Origin: Haliotis rubra
Lineage: Eukaryota
Reading direction: 5' to 3'
Length of the DNA: 64,000 nt
Assembly (NCBI RefSeq): GCF_003918875.1
Contig: NW_025767635.1
Location: 1,302,001 to 1,366,000 of the forward strand
In this document: positions 49,730-63,419 of the stretch, one piece after another
Layout of the letters: every line of letters begins with the position of its first letter
Numbering within the stretch: position 1 is the first letter of the stretch
The notes under the pieces: generated by a model
What the model was told of the DNA's origin: nothing
The model's input: only the letters and a program-made list of their open reading frames with translations
The model's database searches: none
Position numbers and translations under genes: made by a program

Positions 49730-52099
49730 CTTCTTCATCCACTGACACTGAGGACATGAACAAGAACTCCCTACACCTACAGAATATTGGATAGATACAT
49801 CCGCCATGGATTGTACTGATATTGCAGTGTGTGTCAGGGGGGGATAATTTGTTGTCATGAAACTCAAAGTAAGCAGAAAAATTACTCCTGCTTTCATATG
49901 ATGGTATGATGTTTTGATTAAAAATTAAACCTTAAAAACTGAATATCAAAGCAATTCGCTAATATCAAATATTGAGCATGAACACCTGGAATTGGAGTGA
50001 GTGAGTTAAAAATATACTCACATTGGAAGAAAATTTATATCGAGTGTAAACCTCTTCCGTGTCCATCGGGAACACATTTAAAAAATATGTAGTTTTATTT
50101 TTAATTAACCTTGTAAACTTTAACACATACATAGACACACCTAAAACTCCTGTTTCGCGAGCGGATAACAAATAAGGCGAAAATAACTCAGAAACCGTTA
50201 CTAAGGAAGGCGTCTGTGCACCTTTCTAAAGTTTTCTTAAAAATATCAATCACGAATATGACGGAAGGTATGCATTTTGTATTCTAGCTCAAATGCTCGG
50301 TTCACTAATGATTAAAGGTCACATGCAACGTAAAACACAACTTTGCAGATTTTGATACCTTTCCGTATGGAAGTGCAGATACAAATCATCAAAATGCAAT
50401 TCAACTTATAAAGTTGAAAAATAACGCGATGAAAAAACTCCTGCGAAATCGGAGTTCAAACGATTCACTAAATTCACACCAGCACTTAGGGTGAAAAGTG
50501 GTTTCAACAGCTGTGCTGTGCTGCGCTCACAGCGTATGAGCAGTAAATTGGTCCGTGCAGCTTGGAAGCGGGATGTCCGGATTTAATATAAAGTCGTGAG
50601 CAGGAGTAGTCTAATCAAAACAAATAGTAAATAATCTACTCATTACAGAAAAGAACCTTGTAAGGATCTAGATCTACTCAGCTATGTGTCAACAAGTGAG
50701 GCGTTCGACATTTCAAGACTGAGAACCTTTGCTGGCGGTGAATACTCGGTGAAGGCTTTGATGTGAGCTATTTTTCTAATGTTTTGTTGATATTCACAGG
50801 CGTGAGCTGTTTATATGTTATGACAGTAGATTACCGATTAACTCTTTATATAATTTCATTTGTCTATTTCACCACACGTTCTTCTTACCGAGTCACTTTC
50901 TCAGTTCGATACTCAAAAGCAATGTCATTATTTAGCGTTGACAGAATTTCTAACTGTGATATAGATATGTCGTTGTCACAGGCAAAACTCAGTGTCTGTT
51001 TTATTGACACCTATGTGTTTGCCTGCCTGTCTGCTAATGACAAAAAATTCAATACACAACTTCGATTACTGACCACATGCAATTTGAACTTAACACCTAT
51101 CAGGCTATACACCATAAACAAAACGCATTGATTTATGGCCCGAGTTCGGTCTCTGTCACATTATGTAATTACACAGACAGGCAGGTGTGATACATGTTAT
51201 GATGTCTATTGATTGCAAAATGTTATACACAAAAATGAGCATGTATTTACAAAACCCAACATATCTATATACATACACACAATGAGCCGTGAGGGATCAG
51301 CAAATGAACCAGCCAATGAAATCCTCGTTACACTTGAGTGCACACCCATCCGCCCTGACTGGGTTGAGTATCCCGGGTGCTTCGTTTCGAGGGAGATAAA
51401 CCCAACTACAAAATATTGCACTTTTGATTTGCGATTGTATGCTCATAATTTTGTTTATATGTTTTTTCATAATCAGCAATGTATACAAGCAAGTCCGGAT
51501 AGATTGACAGCCTACCTTTAGAATATAGCACCACAAACTTTAAAAATATGTCATAATACCCTCTTACTTAATGTAATGTGATTTTGTTCGAAAGCACGTT
51601 CTCGAAACAATGCCCTATGACGCCTCCATGGCAACATGGTTGTCTAGCTCAGCGAGTGCATATAAGCTCTGCTCACTGGTGTTTCATCTCTTCGAGCTAT
51701 GTCATTGCATAAGCCTAACAATGTTGAGAGTTTCCAGTAGTTGTAAACCGGCGGATGCACAATTTTTTGCAAGCACCAGTTTGAAATATATTTTTTTTCC
51801 ACTAATACGCTCATATTTATTTGTATTATGGGGTGCTGAGGTGTTATGTTTTGTATATTATTGTATTAAACGAGAATGGGTTACACCGGTCTATTTTATA
51901 TATATTCCATTATTCGCAAGTTTGTTCAATGTAATTATTTAAATTATGTAAATATATTTTATATTTCGGTTTGTAAGTAACTATTAAGTCTAAATGATTT
52001 ACCAATGTGAACTGACATACATATACATATTTTTCATTCAGTAATTTGCACCATTACATAGAAAAGTTTTTTATTAGTATTATATTTTTTGAAGCGGTA

Positions 52100-52697
52100 A
52101 TAATGTATTACACTGGACACGTTAGTCATGTTTGTGCCGGTTCGGTCAATGCATTCTATTTATTAGTATTATTTCAAGGGGTTAGGGTTAGGGGGTTAGG
52201 GTTAGGGTTAGGGTTAGGGTTAGGGTTAAGGTTAGGGTTAGGGTTAGGGTTAGGGCTTAGGGCTGAGGGTTTAGGGTTAGGGACCTAATCCAATATCTAG
52301 TAGGTACATGTCCAGTGTAGTACGTGAGTACCATTTGTTGTTTTTCCTTTTGCATTTTAATACTGCAGGTTCGGCCAATCCATTCTATTTATTAGGATTA
52401 TTTCAAGGAGTTAGGGTTTGGGTTAGGGCTGAGGGTTTAGGGACCGGGACCTTATCCAATATAGTAGGTACATGTCTGGTGTAATACGTGAGTACCATTT
52501 GTTGTTTTTCCTTTTGCATTTTAATACTGCAGGTTCGGCAAATCCATTCTATTTATAAGGATTATTTCAAGGAGTTAGGGTTTGGGTTAGGGCTGAGGGT
52601 TTAGGGTTAGGGACCGGGACCTTATCCAATATAGTAGGTACATGTCCGGTGTAATACGTGAGTACCATTTGTTGTTTTTCCTTTTGCATTTTAATAC
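52100..52697. repeat. MITE-like unit containing (TTAGGG)n, followed by two ~170-bp partial tandem copies
   Basis: gtattacactggaca ... tgtccagtgtagtac inverted flanks; ~17 telomere-type hexamers at 52178-52283; units recur at ~52330-52500 and 52500-52697. Confidence 0.8.
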
Positions 52698-53302
52698 TTT
52701 TTTTCACACAAAAACGGGAAACTAAAAACGTCAAAAGTACACTATGAAATGGTTTAATGTAGAAATTTTGGGCTAATGGAAATTGGCCTGGAATTTGAAC
52801 TCAAGCCTCTTTCACACGCAACATTTGTTCAGTAATGATTCGAAGGCTAACTCACCCTCGTGCTGTCACTACACATGCTCATGTCTCCCTCGTTCCTTAG
52901 TGCGATCCACATTATCCTTACAGTGTTCCCTACATCACTTTTCTGTCACAAAATCACCGATTTATATAAAAGCGCGTCATTCATGCATGCACCATGAAAT
53001 CTACATCTGACGCCTGACGTCAACAACCCTTTTCAGTTTGAGGCATCTCGGCTCATTCCACGCCACACACTATCTTGTAGATTACGGAATGGGACGAGTG
53101 TGCCAAATGGCATCGGGTCCATTCTTGTAGATTACGGAATGGGACGAGTAATATGTGCCAAATGGCAATTGTCTGTAGATTAAAATCACAAGACGCCAAG
53201 TCTACCCGTAACCTTTGTAATTGTCCGTGTCCTATTCGACTCTTTCCGTTCATTTCCGTGACGTCACAAGAATGACTCGATAAATTTGCACATTGTGCAA
53301 CA

Positions 53303-53375
53303 GTGTGGACGTAGCTCAGTCGGTTAACTGTCGAGCTAACAATCCGAAGGTCGCGGGTTCACGTCCGACGGGTTC
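53303..53375 (+). other. Degenerate tRNA-like sequence (SINE head or tRNA pseudogene)
   Basis: gtagctcagtcggtt A-box and gggttcacgtcc B-box; acceptor stem does not pair. Confidence 0.5.
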
Positions 53376-56300
53376 TCACAAACTGGTTGCTTGTCTTAAT
53401 GACACATGACCTACGGCAGAGATCGTCCTCACGAGAAGTTTGTGGTGCTGTAATCTAAAGGTGACATAAAATAGATTTTATGAAAATTCGTTTTCTTCAG
53501 ACTTTTAAATCTCTTTCTTCATTATTCATAATTGGATTTAATATGAAACACTCTACCTTACATTGATAAGTGATTTTGGAAAATTATCTGGCCCTAATAC
53601 ACTTCCATACTTCGGATCTCCAGCTGGATGTTATGCGCATCAGTTGCTGCGCAGAATTGCAGGACAGCAAGCGATGTCGTCAGAACGCCGGTAAGGTCAA
53701 CCGTATGGCATAATGCAATGTTAGAATCCTATAGTCATCAATAAAACTTATATTTCTAGGTAAATATGATGCATACCAGCATGTTTAGTCACATAAACCA
53801 CAAAAAATACGAAATGTTAGTTGCCGTGTTGCGATCGATGTGCTTAGGTGCGCGGAATTACCGGACGGCATTGTATTATATCCCAACACGAGCTGAATGC
53901 GACATTCTGGTGATTTCGACGATTGCATTGCACGCGCTATATAGGGGGAGTACATATACGATCGGAGTGCACAAACAGTTTCACTGGTAGGGCGGGTGCC
54001 CAGTCGCTGTCGTGAAAAGTTTTACTGACAATGGAAATCGGGAAGTAAAGTTATATAAAAAGCAAACAAACATCAATATTATATACCCGAGATCGTTAAT
54101 ACCACTTCAGATACAAAATCAGTTGCCTTTATAACCAAAAATAGCAGGCGAAAATTCAGTTAAGATCAGTTAGACAGGCAACATATAAATGGGAAGCCAC
54201 GTGATCACAACACTCCCTTGCAGTGCGGAGCAAAAAGTATGGCTCATCGTCGAAAACCCATACAAAATACCTGGATGTTACGAGCGGCAACAGTTTCGCC
54301 GATACGATGTCATCAACGCTATTTTTGTAGGGAACACTTGTTATTTTTGTGTGAAATAAATGAATACATCCTTTATCACTCAAGGTTAGTAAAAGAAAAA
54401 CTTTAAATGATATTACAGATAAAAAATACCCTTGTGTCATGTAAGTTCGATCACTTAAGAACTGTCGCTGAATTTTCAAAGTTATATTCATATAATCTTA
54501 TTTTCAAATCTCTTACCTCTAAACTTGTTTATTTATGTCAAACATTTAACAAATCCAGGTATTTTTACTGCGGTATGGCTGCCCTCTCACTGTCAACACA
54601 AGTGACCCAGAAAAATACGTCACACAAGTTTGATCATATGATTGGCTGGCTTGTCGCGTAAACAGGATGACTTATATGGACGATCTCAAATTCAGAGTTA
54701 GAGCAGACCCAAGTAATTTTATGGTATTTATGTCCATGAAACGTTCATTTTATGTTTCAATACTTCTAAAAACGATGAAAAGTCACAAATATTCAGCTTA
54801 AATACAAGTATTATGCAGGGAGTTATTCTTCAGGCTCATCGTGACGGGCACCAAACCTCGGAATGTCGACAAACACCACGAACTGGCTTGCAGAAACGTA
54901 AATGTGTTCTGTGCTGACACGTAGGGTGGGTACATTGTGCCCAGGTTGTATTTATCAATGAGGCAATAGCTCAAACCTCATCAGGCACAAATTGACCGAA
55001 ATTCTCAAAAGGCATTAAGTTTTCTATAAGAAATGGCCCTTACTTGTTTCCAATGTTTTAAATTTTGACAAGGATATCACATGTCTGGACATGTCATAGC
55101 CGAGAGCCGCGATGCGGTCCTATACAGTCAAGACATGACCCTGCATCACGGCCGAGAACACCACCTTCATAAATCCTATTCAGATTCTAGTGGCCGATTA
55201 CCCCTCGTATTTTCTTGAGATTTTTAAAATATATTTCCTGTGGGTTTTTGACTGAAAAGTCAATATCGATGTACTCCCAGATAATTTCCCTATACATACA
55301 CGTAACTGTCATATTTTGGTGATCATACATTTAGATATTAATGGGCCTGAAACCCGTTGAGTTCTTGTTTCAACGATAGCGAGCTGACATGTTGACATGT
55401 TGTGCGCATGCGCCAAATTTCTATAGTCCGTATCGGAGGACCCTCTTCATTAGCGGTAGGCAATACTCTCTCTCACCTCCCGTTTTGCGCGCTCGTGATT
55501 TGGGTGAATCACACTTAATGTATATTATATTTATCTGCTTTTTGTCATAATTTACAGATTTTCCTCGCAGAGAGGATTCCATTCATATCTCTACAAAAAG
55601 ATATGTCCATGGGATCTAGCAGATTTATTAATGTACAACGTAGTGCACAGGACACTTAAGGGGGCACGATCTTGTCACTTTCACTCTCCGGGACCACTAT
55701 TTTTCCAGTTCAACGCCTGGCCGAGAATTTCAAGTATTCTCCAAATTTTCTTTTCTGTGTTGTTAAAAAAGATCCAAGCAGACTTTAGTTTAAGATTAGA
55801 ATGTTATTAGTTATTACAGTCATAAATTACATTTCGCTGGACAATATGAATGTTTGAAGTTAATCTATTGTAAATTATTGTTAAACATGCGGGGTAGACA
55901 TAGCTGTACAATATAGTCTGGTTATGTAAAACAAGGTCACAAATTTGTTGTATTCACAGACTGTGTATGAGATATATTTTTCTGAAAGATATAGATTTCA
56001 GGAGGTGTGTTTTAGTTCGGTAGTATTATGGAGATACTCTTTTGTGTAGACGTAATGTTTGTTGCAAGGTATATCAAATTCAGACGTCATTACATTTTTC
56101 TTTAAATCCAAAAATGAGGCGATTCTATTCTACATTTAGTTTAGTACCGGATTTATTTTCTATCTATTTTATAAGGTTGTGGCTCAATAGTTTTACCTGT
56201 GTACATTCAAATAACAAATGAATGACATTTTCAGTTTAAGCATTGCAGAAAGAATACATAGAATATGCTACAATTTTATATTGGAACATGTTTTTATCTG

Positions 56301-56849
56301 CTTCAGCATTCTATGAACAGTATGGTGTTGGAATTATCTTAACTTTGTCTTATACGTTGTTCTTAACGGTAAATAGTTTTCCATCCAATTATATTTCGAT
56401 ATTTCTGTATAAATATCATTTTGCCATTGTTATTGACTATGTTTTCCTTTAATGCAATATCCTTTAGACTGCAGCATAGATTAATCTGCATACTTTTCCC
56501 TCCATGTATATATAAAGTTCTGAGGTTACATGGATCGAATGGTTCTTCCAATATGCTATCCAATGGTACAGAATCTGAGATTCTTTCCATAGAATTTTTA
56601 TAGATTTGATAAGATCTGTATGTTCTCAAAGAAAAATACTTTAGAGGATATATTAGTACAACAGAATGTTTCACTTTAGGAAAGTTATTAATATATTTTT
56701 AAATGTATATACACACATATTTATTAGGAATTATTCTGGTTATGAAATTTGTATTATATCTATTTATTGACAAAGGCGTTTAATGATTCACTAGGTGGCA
56801 CATAGACGATCTTGTCACTGGTGCCTTTAACGATATGGAATTCGAATTT

Positions 56850-57478
56850 GTTTTGGGTTTCCATGGAAACGATTCCGACTTAGTCTCAAAAGGGAGGGTC
56901 GGGTTTCTTTTCCGGAGCACAACTGAAAAACTTCTTAATATCTTTCAGCAAAACTTGGCAGATATATGAGGCAGATGCCTTTTGCTATTTGGCAGATGTT
57001 TGGCATATTTTTCCCGATTTCCATGGAAACGATTTTGACTTAGTCAGAAAAGGGTGGGGTGATCCTTTCTCGAGCAATACTCAAGAACCGTTCAATATTT
57101 TGCACCAAAACCTGGTAGAAATATATGAAACAGTACCTTAAGTGGTGCCTTTGCTATTTGCAGATTTTGTGATTTATTATTTTCTCGGTTTCTATGGAAA
57201 CGATTGGTGGCTTAGTCCCAAAAGGGAGGGGTGAGCTTTTTTCGAGCACAACTTGAAAAGCATTCAGTATCTTTCAAAAGAACTTGGCAGATATATTAGG
57301 CAAATTTTGAAATGGTGCCTTTTGCCATTTACAGATTTTTGGCATTTATGTTACTCATGATTTGCAAGGGATTTGGACTTAGTCTTTAAAAAATAAAGCT
57401 GGACTTTAAGTAACTGTCAGATGATTTGTTCTTTCAAATATGTGGGGCCGGGGATATGTCATCTTCTGATGACTCTTG
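56850..57478 (+). mobile_element. Helentron-associated (HINE-type) element 3' part with ~160-170-bp internal tandem units
   Basis: Repeats ttccatggaaacgat..ttagtc..caaaacttggcagata..gtgccttttgc; terminal hairpin gtcatc-ttct-gatgac. Confidence 0.6.
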
Positions 57479-57994
57479 CTTATAATATACACGACGTAAT
57501 CACTATATTCAGTATATATATATTGCCAATAATCCCATGACATGATATTAAACTGTTCACTTTATTTCTGCAAGAACTATACCAAAAAAACGTAAAAACC
57601 CATGACATGTCCTCCTTTTGACCAATCGCTCAAGCATCCCTCTGACAGTTCATTTCTGGTGTCCCCGCCGTGAAAGGGTATTTTTAAGTTCACTCACTCA
57701 CTCACCTTCTTCGTATAATTATGAAGAAAATAGCCACATGATAATGAACAATCAGAAGCCAGATCCGGGCATAATATTCGAGCATAAATATTACATTTGA
57801 TTTTTGCAAAACAGGTGCTTCGCAGTAAGATGTACACAGTAAGATACATGGTAAACTATCCAATTGTTTATCTATCCAGGACATTATTCAAATGGTGAGC
57901 GAAATTAAACAGTGAGTTGAGATTATAGTCACATATCTTGTGTGGCAATATTTTAGCCATATCGTGACTAAAACAATTCATTTATCACTCCCTC

Positions 57995-58070
57995 CATTTC
58001 TGGTGTCCCTCGCCGTGATATTGCTTGAATATTGCTAAAAGTGGCGTAAAACAATACACACTCACTTCAT
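57995..58070 (+). mobile_element. tRNA-SINE family A 3' fragment (another at 57650-57704)
   Basis: catttctggtgtccctcgccgtgatattgcttgaatattgctaaaagtggcgtaaaac. Confidence 0.8.
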
Positions 58071-61000
58071 CTCCATCCATCAGATTACCTAAACCGAGAT
58101 TTTATACCTTGAACGGAAATTAGGTGAGATATATACTAAACAACATACAGATGTTATCTTTCTCCGGGGTTGCCAAATATGCACAACATGCAACTAATGT
58201 GGTGTCGTATTTTCAGTAATTTCATTACATTTGAAAATAAGGCTCGATCTGTTGATAATGATGAAACGTAAGTCAAAATACATCTCCAAAATCAGGCGAG
58301 TTTAGGAATCTAAGAACTAATTTCTAGGTAGATAGCACCATCCATTTAGCTGTTACCTCCTTTCTCATGAGCGATTTCCTAATTCATTATAATTTGTGAT
58401 ACTACCAAAACGTATCCGGTTACAATGTGGATTTTTGTATTGAAACAGATTGGCTCATCGTGTATATGTTTGTTTGTGTGTGTGCGTGCGCATGCGTGTG
58501 TCCTCTCTGTTGTCGCTTGACGTCAGAGGAAAATCAACTTTCGTCAACAAGCCATTTTTCACATTGAACGTAGAAAGTTATACATAAGCATACATAAGCA
58601 ATTTCATATATTGTTATGTCGTTCAGATATCACGAAGTATTTTATTCGCACAAAGTTTCATTAAAGATTCTAAATAAAGAAATCATCACGTTGTAAACGG
58701 AGACATTTACTGCTTTTCAACGCATAATAAAATTGCGGACAACCTTTAACAAAGTCTACTTTCCAAATTACCTGTGTATTTGTGCTCCAAATTTACATCA
58801 TCGGATAGGAAATTTAATACTCTACATATCTGTGTTATAGCCGTAGCTAGAAGCAGTGCATCACTAACGCAATTCTCGCTCAACGTTCATTTTTCAGAAC
58901 TTCAGAGAAAATAAACCTCTGCTTCCTGGGGGTTAAGTGTCCTGTGCACTACGTTGTACATTAATAAATCTGCTAGATCCCATGGACATATCTTTTTGTA
59001 GAGATATGAATGGAATCCTCTCTGCAAGGAAAATCTGTAAATTATGACAAAAAGCAGATAAATATAATATACATTAAGTGTGATTCACCCAAATCACGAG
59101 CGCGCGAAACGGGAGGTGAGAGAGAGTATTGCCTACCGCTAATGAAGAACGTCCTCCGATACGGACTATAGAAATTTGGCGCATGCGCACAACATGTCAA
59201 CATGTCAGCTCGCTATTGTTGAAACAAGAACTCAACGGGTTTCAGGCCCATTAATATCTAAATGTATGATCACCAAAATATGACAGTTACGTGTATGTAT
59301 AGGGAAATTATCTGGGAGTACATCGATATTGACTTTTCAGTCAAAAACCCACAGGAAATATATTTTAAAAATCTCAAGAAAATACGAGGGGTAATCGGCC
59401 ACTAGAATCTGAATAGGATTTATGAAGGTGGTGTTCTCGGCCGTGATGCAGGGTCATGTCTTGACTGTATAGGACCGCATCGCGGCTCTCGGCTAGACAT
59501 GTCACAATTAGACCAGCAACGTAAACAAACAGAAGACAGGTGTGCTGTCAATTTACAACATGTGAAATAAATATTGTTTACATTTTATTTGAGCTGATAA
59601 AGTTACATTATTGATCTAGGGTTAAAAAGTAGTTGTTTGCTGAATATGAGCTATAACTTACGTTTGGTAACTTGACACGAAACAGTTTCCGGTCCAAACG
59701 AATGAAAGCGGTGTCACCAGAAGATCAAAGCTGCAGATATCGCGTAAGTTATCGCTACGTATCGCAACAATTACCATTCAAAATGGGTGATCGAAGTTAC
59801 ATGTCGATCGAAGTTGTATGACTTGACGATATGTTTTTGTCTTACATCGTCGAAAACCCCTGACAACGGCATATGTCATGAATAAGTGATAATTGTGTTT
59901 TAATTATGTTTGATTTTTTTTTTGTTTCATGTGACCTTTAACCGGGACCATTAACCGTCTTCAGGAGAAAGTAATTATCGAACCCTGTTAACTTACGTAG
60001 GACTCAACGATGTTCTTCCTACATGCACGACAAACACGCCGTTGTGTCTTATTTACGTTTCCCGCAAAATTATCTGCCCTTGGTGGAGCGGATACTGAAA
60101 ACGTTTCGTATTTTGTCAAACAAAATGATACTCTTATTGCACATGAGTTATTCAAATATTAATACATTGTATGGCTCCATTATATCGCAAACGAATTGAT
60201 TAATCTATCTAGAAATATTCTTAGGAGAAAATTCGCACCAAAGTTATTAGCTTTATATGGCCACAACCATCTTCCGGTGAGAAGATGTTGCGTATGCGAA
60301 GAGAAAGCTAGCAATAATAAAGATTTCCCCGTGAAATATTCATGCACGATGTCCCGCCACAGGGCTGTGCGTGGCATGAACCTAGATGATGGTAAGTATC
60401 ACTTGTGAAGGATGGCGTACCTCTGTTATTCGATCTGACGATTCCAAACATGCTGGCTACGGCAGAAAGGAACTTGCCGCGACATTAGATCTACATTTAA
60501 CCAGACGATGTTGTATTCAGATTTCATCATCTATAGTCGGAACTTTCGAGAGAAAATCACATTTGCATTTGTCAAACGTGTCACGATACTACACTTGGAG
60601 CTTACTTTTCAGCGTTTATTGACATATAATGTGATGATAAATCAACTGAATTCAGGCCTGAAGTAGCAGCCAAAAAAAGAAGGAAAACACCAACTTATGT
60701 TCCTCAAGCGGACACCATTTATTTATTCTTAATTAGAAATTGTCATTTGATCAGGTCATGTTTACGAAAAGCAGCGACCTTGCTAATTATGCCTAGTATA
60801 TGTGTATCATCAGATCATATGATTTGACATATCTTAATTTTTCGAATGGCAGTGCCCTCTTGAGCTGAAATAAAGGGTGTTGCTTCACACAGACATTGTA
60901 AATTCTTGAATGATGACTTGTGTTTAGAATGAAATGATCAGATGTAAGTTAGTGACATGTTTTACAATTGTTCATGTGATAATTAAGACAACGGAGGAGA

Positions 61001-61080
61001 ACTACAGCAGTAAGTGTGAATACACAACTGAAACATGTTTTCTTCACTCGCCTGGGTTACACAAATGACATGTGTTTTAG

Positions 61081-62092
61081 ATATTGTCAAGTCATACAAC
61101 TTCGATCGACATGTAACTTTGATCACCCATTTTGAATGGCAATTGTCGTGATACGTAGCGATAACTTACGATATCTGCAGCTTTGATCTTCTGGTGACAC
61201 CGCTATCATTCGTTTGGACCGAAAAATGTTTCGTGTCAAGTTACCAAACGTAAGTTATAGCTCATATTCAGCAAACAACTACTTTTTAGCCCTAGATCAA
61301 TAATGTAACTTTATCAGCTCAAATAAAATGTAAACAATGTTTATTTCACATGTTGTAAATTGACAGCACACCTGTCTTCTGTTTGTTTACGTTGCTGGTC
61401 TAATTGTGACATGTCCAGACATGTGATATCCTTGTCAAAATTTAAAACATTGGAAACAAGTAAGGGCCATTTCTTATAGAAAACTTAATGCCTTTTGAGA
61501 ATTTCGGTCAATTTGTACCTGATGAGGTTTGAGCTATTGCCTCATTGATAAATACAACCTGGGCACAATGTACCCACCCTACGTGTCAGCACAGAACACA
61601 TTTACGTTTCTGCAAGCCAGTTCGTGGTGTTTGTCGACATTCCGAGGTTTGGTGCCCGTCACGATGAGCCTGAAGAATAACTCCCTGCATAATACTTGTA
61701 TTTAAGCTGAATATTTGTGACTTTTCATCGTTTTTAGAAGTATTGAAACATAAAATGAACGTTTCATGGACATAAATACCATAAAATTACTTGGGTCTGC
61801 TCTAACTCTGAATTTGACACAAGAGATCGTCCATATAAGTCATCCTGTTTACGCCACAAGTCAGCCAATCATATGATCGAACTTGTGTGACGTAATTTTC
61901 TGGGTCTCTTGTGTTGACAGAGGGCAGCCATGCTGCGATTGTGAAAAGCAGTAAAAATACCTGGATTTGTTAAATGTTTGACATAAATAAACAAGTTTAG
62001 AGGTAAGAGATTTGAAAATAAGATTATATGAATAAACTTTGAAAATTCAGCGACAGTTCTTAAGTGTTCGAACTTACATGACACAAGGGTAT
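61081..62092 (-). mobile_element. ~1.0-kb repeat arm (right), uninterrupted
   Basis: Inverted copy of 54426-59832 without the Academ-like insert; TA at both ends. Confidence 0.88.
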
Positions 62093-62180
62093 ATAGTAAA
62101 AGCTGCAGCTAAGATGCTCAATATTTGAATGGATTCTTTCTGATGAATTAACTGTTTTATCTGATCAGTGCTTCAAAATT

Positions 62181-62752
62181 TGACCACCTTTGTCTCGATA
62201 TTCATGGGAGCAAGAAAAAAATCGAGTTATCCGAACTTCGAACCAGGGCATATCATCACATATCAGTATGAAAGGAAACAAATTAACGTTTTATGTGATT
62301 CTCAGTATGTTTTGATTCGAAACTATAATCCGTTATCAGTAGTGTTTAGTCGTAACAGTGAGCACTTCCTGATTAATTCCTTCTTAATAAATCCTAATTT
62401 ATTAGTAATTAAATAACAAACAAGTGACACCTTCAACTCAATTAGCCTCAATTAGTTTACACTACCGCATCCCTTTGATTCATGCCGCACCGTGTGGAAA
62501 CGTGTGGAAACAACCTCAGTTCAGAGGGGTATTTGTCCATGAAAGGTAGGTGAATATCGAGTTTCTTTGCAAATATCGAGTTAAAAGGGTAATTTTGCTT
62601 GTTGGGACCATGAAATTATATCGAGATATCCGAAATATCGAGACATCCGTATTGAGTTAAAAGAGCTTGAATAATGATAAATTATGAAGGATTTTGCCGG
62701 GACCGAGATGTTACATCGAGTTATCAGAGTTCGACACAACAGTGCTCGACTG
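62181..62752 (+). mobile_element. Uninterrupted copy of the 33904 MITE
   Basis: Colinear with 33904-34387 plus 37274-37367; ends agtgctcgactg|TA. Confidence 0.92.
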
Positions 62753-62987
62753 TATTGGGTGTTGTTGTCAACCAAATAACTGGTAGACAGGTGTAAATGT
62801 GCGTACAGATGATAGCTATTTCCAACTTAATTTAAAAGAAAATGCACACAGTAATCTTTACATCTGCATATAAAACAATACAAAAAAGAAAAAAAAGTAT
62901 CTAAACGTAAATCCATCATGTCTAGTGATAATTGTTCTCAAATTTCATTTTCATCACTAAAGTTTGTTATCAGCTGCTTGTTCACCT

Positions 62988-63230
62988 GACCTGTGAAAAT
63001 CTGGGTTAGAATTGGTCATCAGCATCCCAGTCCAGTAATAGGTGACTAACAGGGTCAGGTGGTCAGGATTGCTGACTTGGTCGACACATGTCATCGTATC
63101 CCAATTACGTAGATCAATGTTCATGCTGTTGATCACCTGAATTGTCTGATCTAGATGCCATTATTTACAGACCGCCATCATATAACTGGAAAATATCTGA
63201 ATAAACAATGTTAAATAACAAACAAACAAA
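62988..63230 (+). mobile_element. SINE family B
   Basis: gacctgtgaaaatctgggttagaattgg...ggtggtcagg..gctgacttgg...tatttacagaccgcc...(aaca)n tail; homologue at 43590. Confidence 0.75.
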
Positions 63231-63419
63231 ATTTGAAGTCTCTGAATGACTAATGTATTTACTATTTGTTTTACTGTGTATAAGATGATGTTTACCAATA
63301 GGTTCACATTAGACTTGTATGCATTAATCAACAACAAAAACACCTGCTAGTTTGGCTTGGGCTCTTCAGTGAAAATCCTTAGTTCTGATAGAAGGCTTCT
63401 CATTCTTTGATCATCTGTT

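Larger units (their letters stand above)
55097..59495. mobile_element. Non-autonomous Academ(H)-like DNA transposon, 4.4 kb, 563-bp TIRs, 9-bp TSD
   Basis: TAGCC...GGCTA termini; TIRs 55097-55659 and 58933-59495 near-identical; TSD gacatgtca at 55088-96 and 59496-504; empty site visible at ~61407-61415. Confidence 0.85.
54426..59832 (+). mobile_element. ~1.0-kb repeat arm (left), split by the Academ-like insertion
   Basis: 54426-55096 plus 59505-59832 is the reverse complement of 61081-62092, with several small indels. Confidence 0.88.
50316..59937. mobile_element. Candidate Kolobok-type element ends (TTAA TSD) enclosing nested insertions
   Basis: ttaa|aggtcacatgcaac at 50312 and gtttcatgtgacct|ttaa ending 59941. 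Pairing of these two ends is unproven; a weaker alternative left end is at 53459. Confidence 0.45.

Noticed and set aside
50763-51942. ORFs of 100-120 aa inside the Kolobok-like interval as transposase or accessory genes
   Set aside because: No DDE, THAP or zinc-finger motifs were recognisable, and the composition looks non-coding.
52178-52283. True telomere or chromosome fusion site
   Set aside because: Short, single orientation, and embedded in a tandemly repeated unit with inverted flanks.
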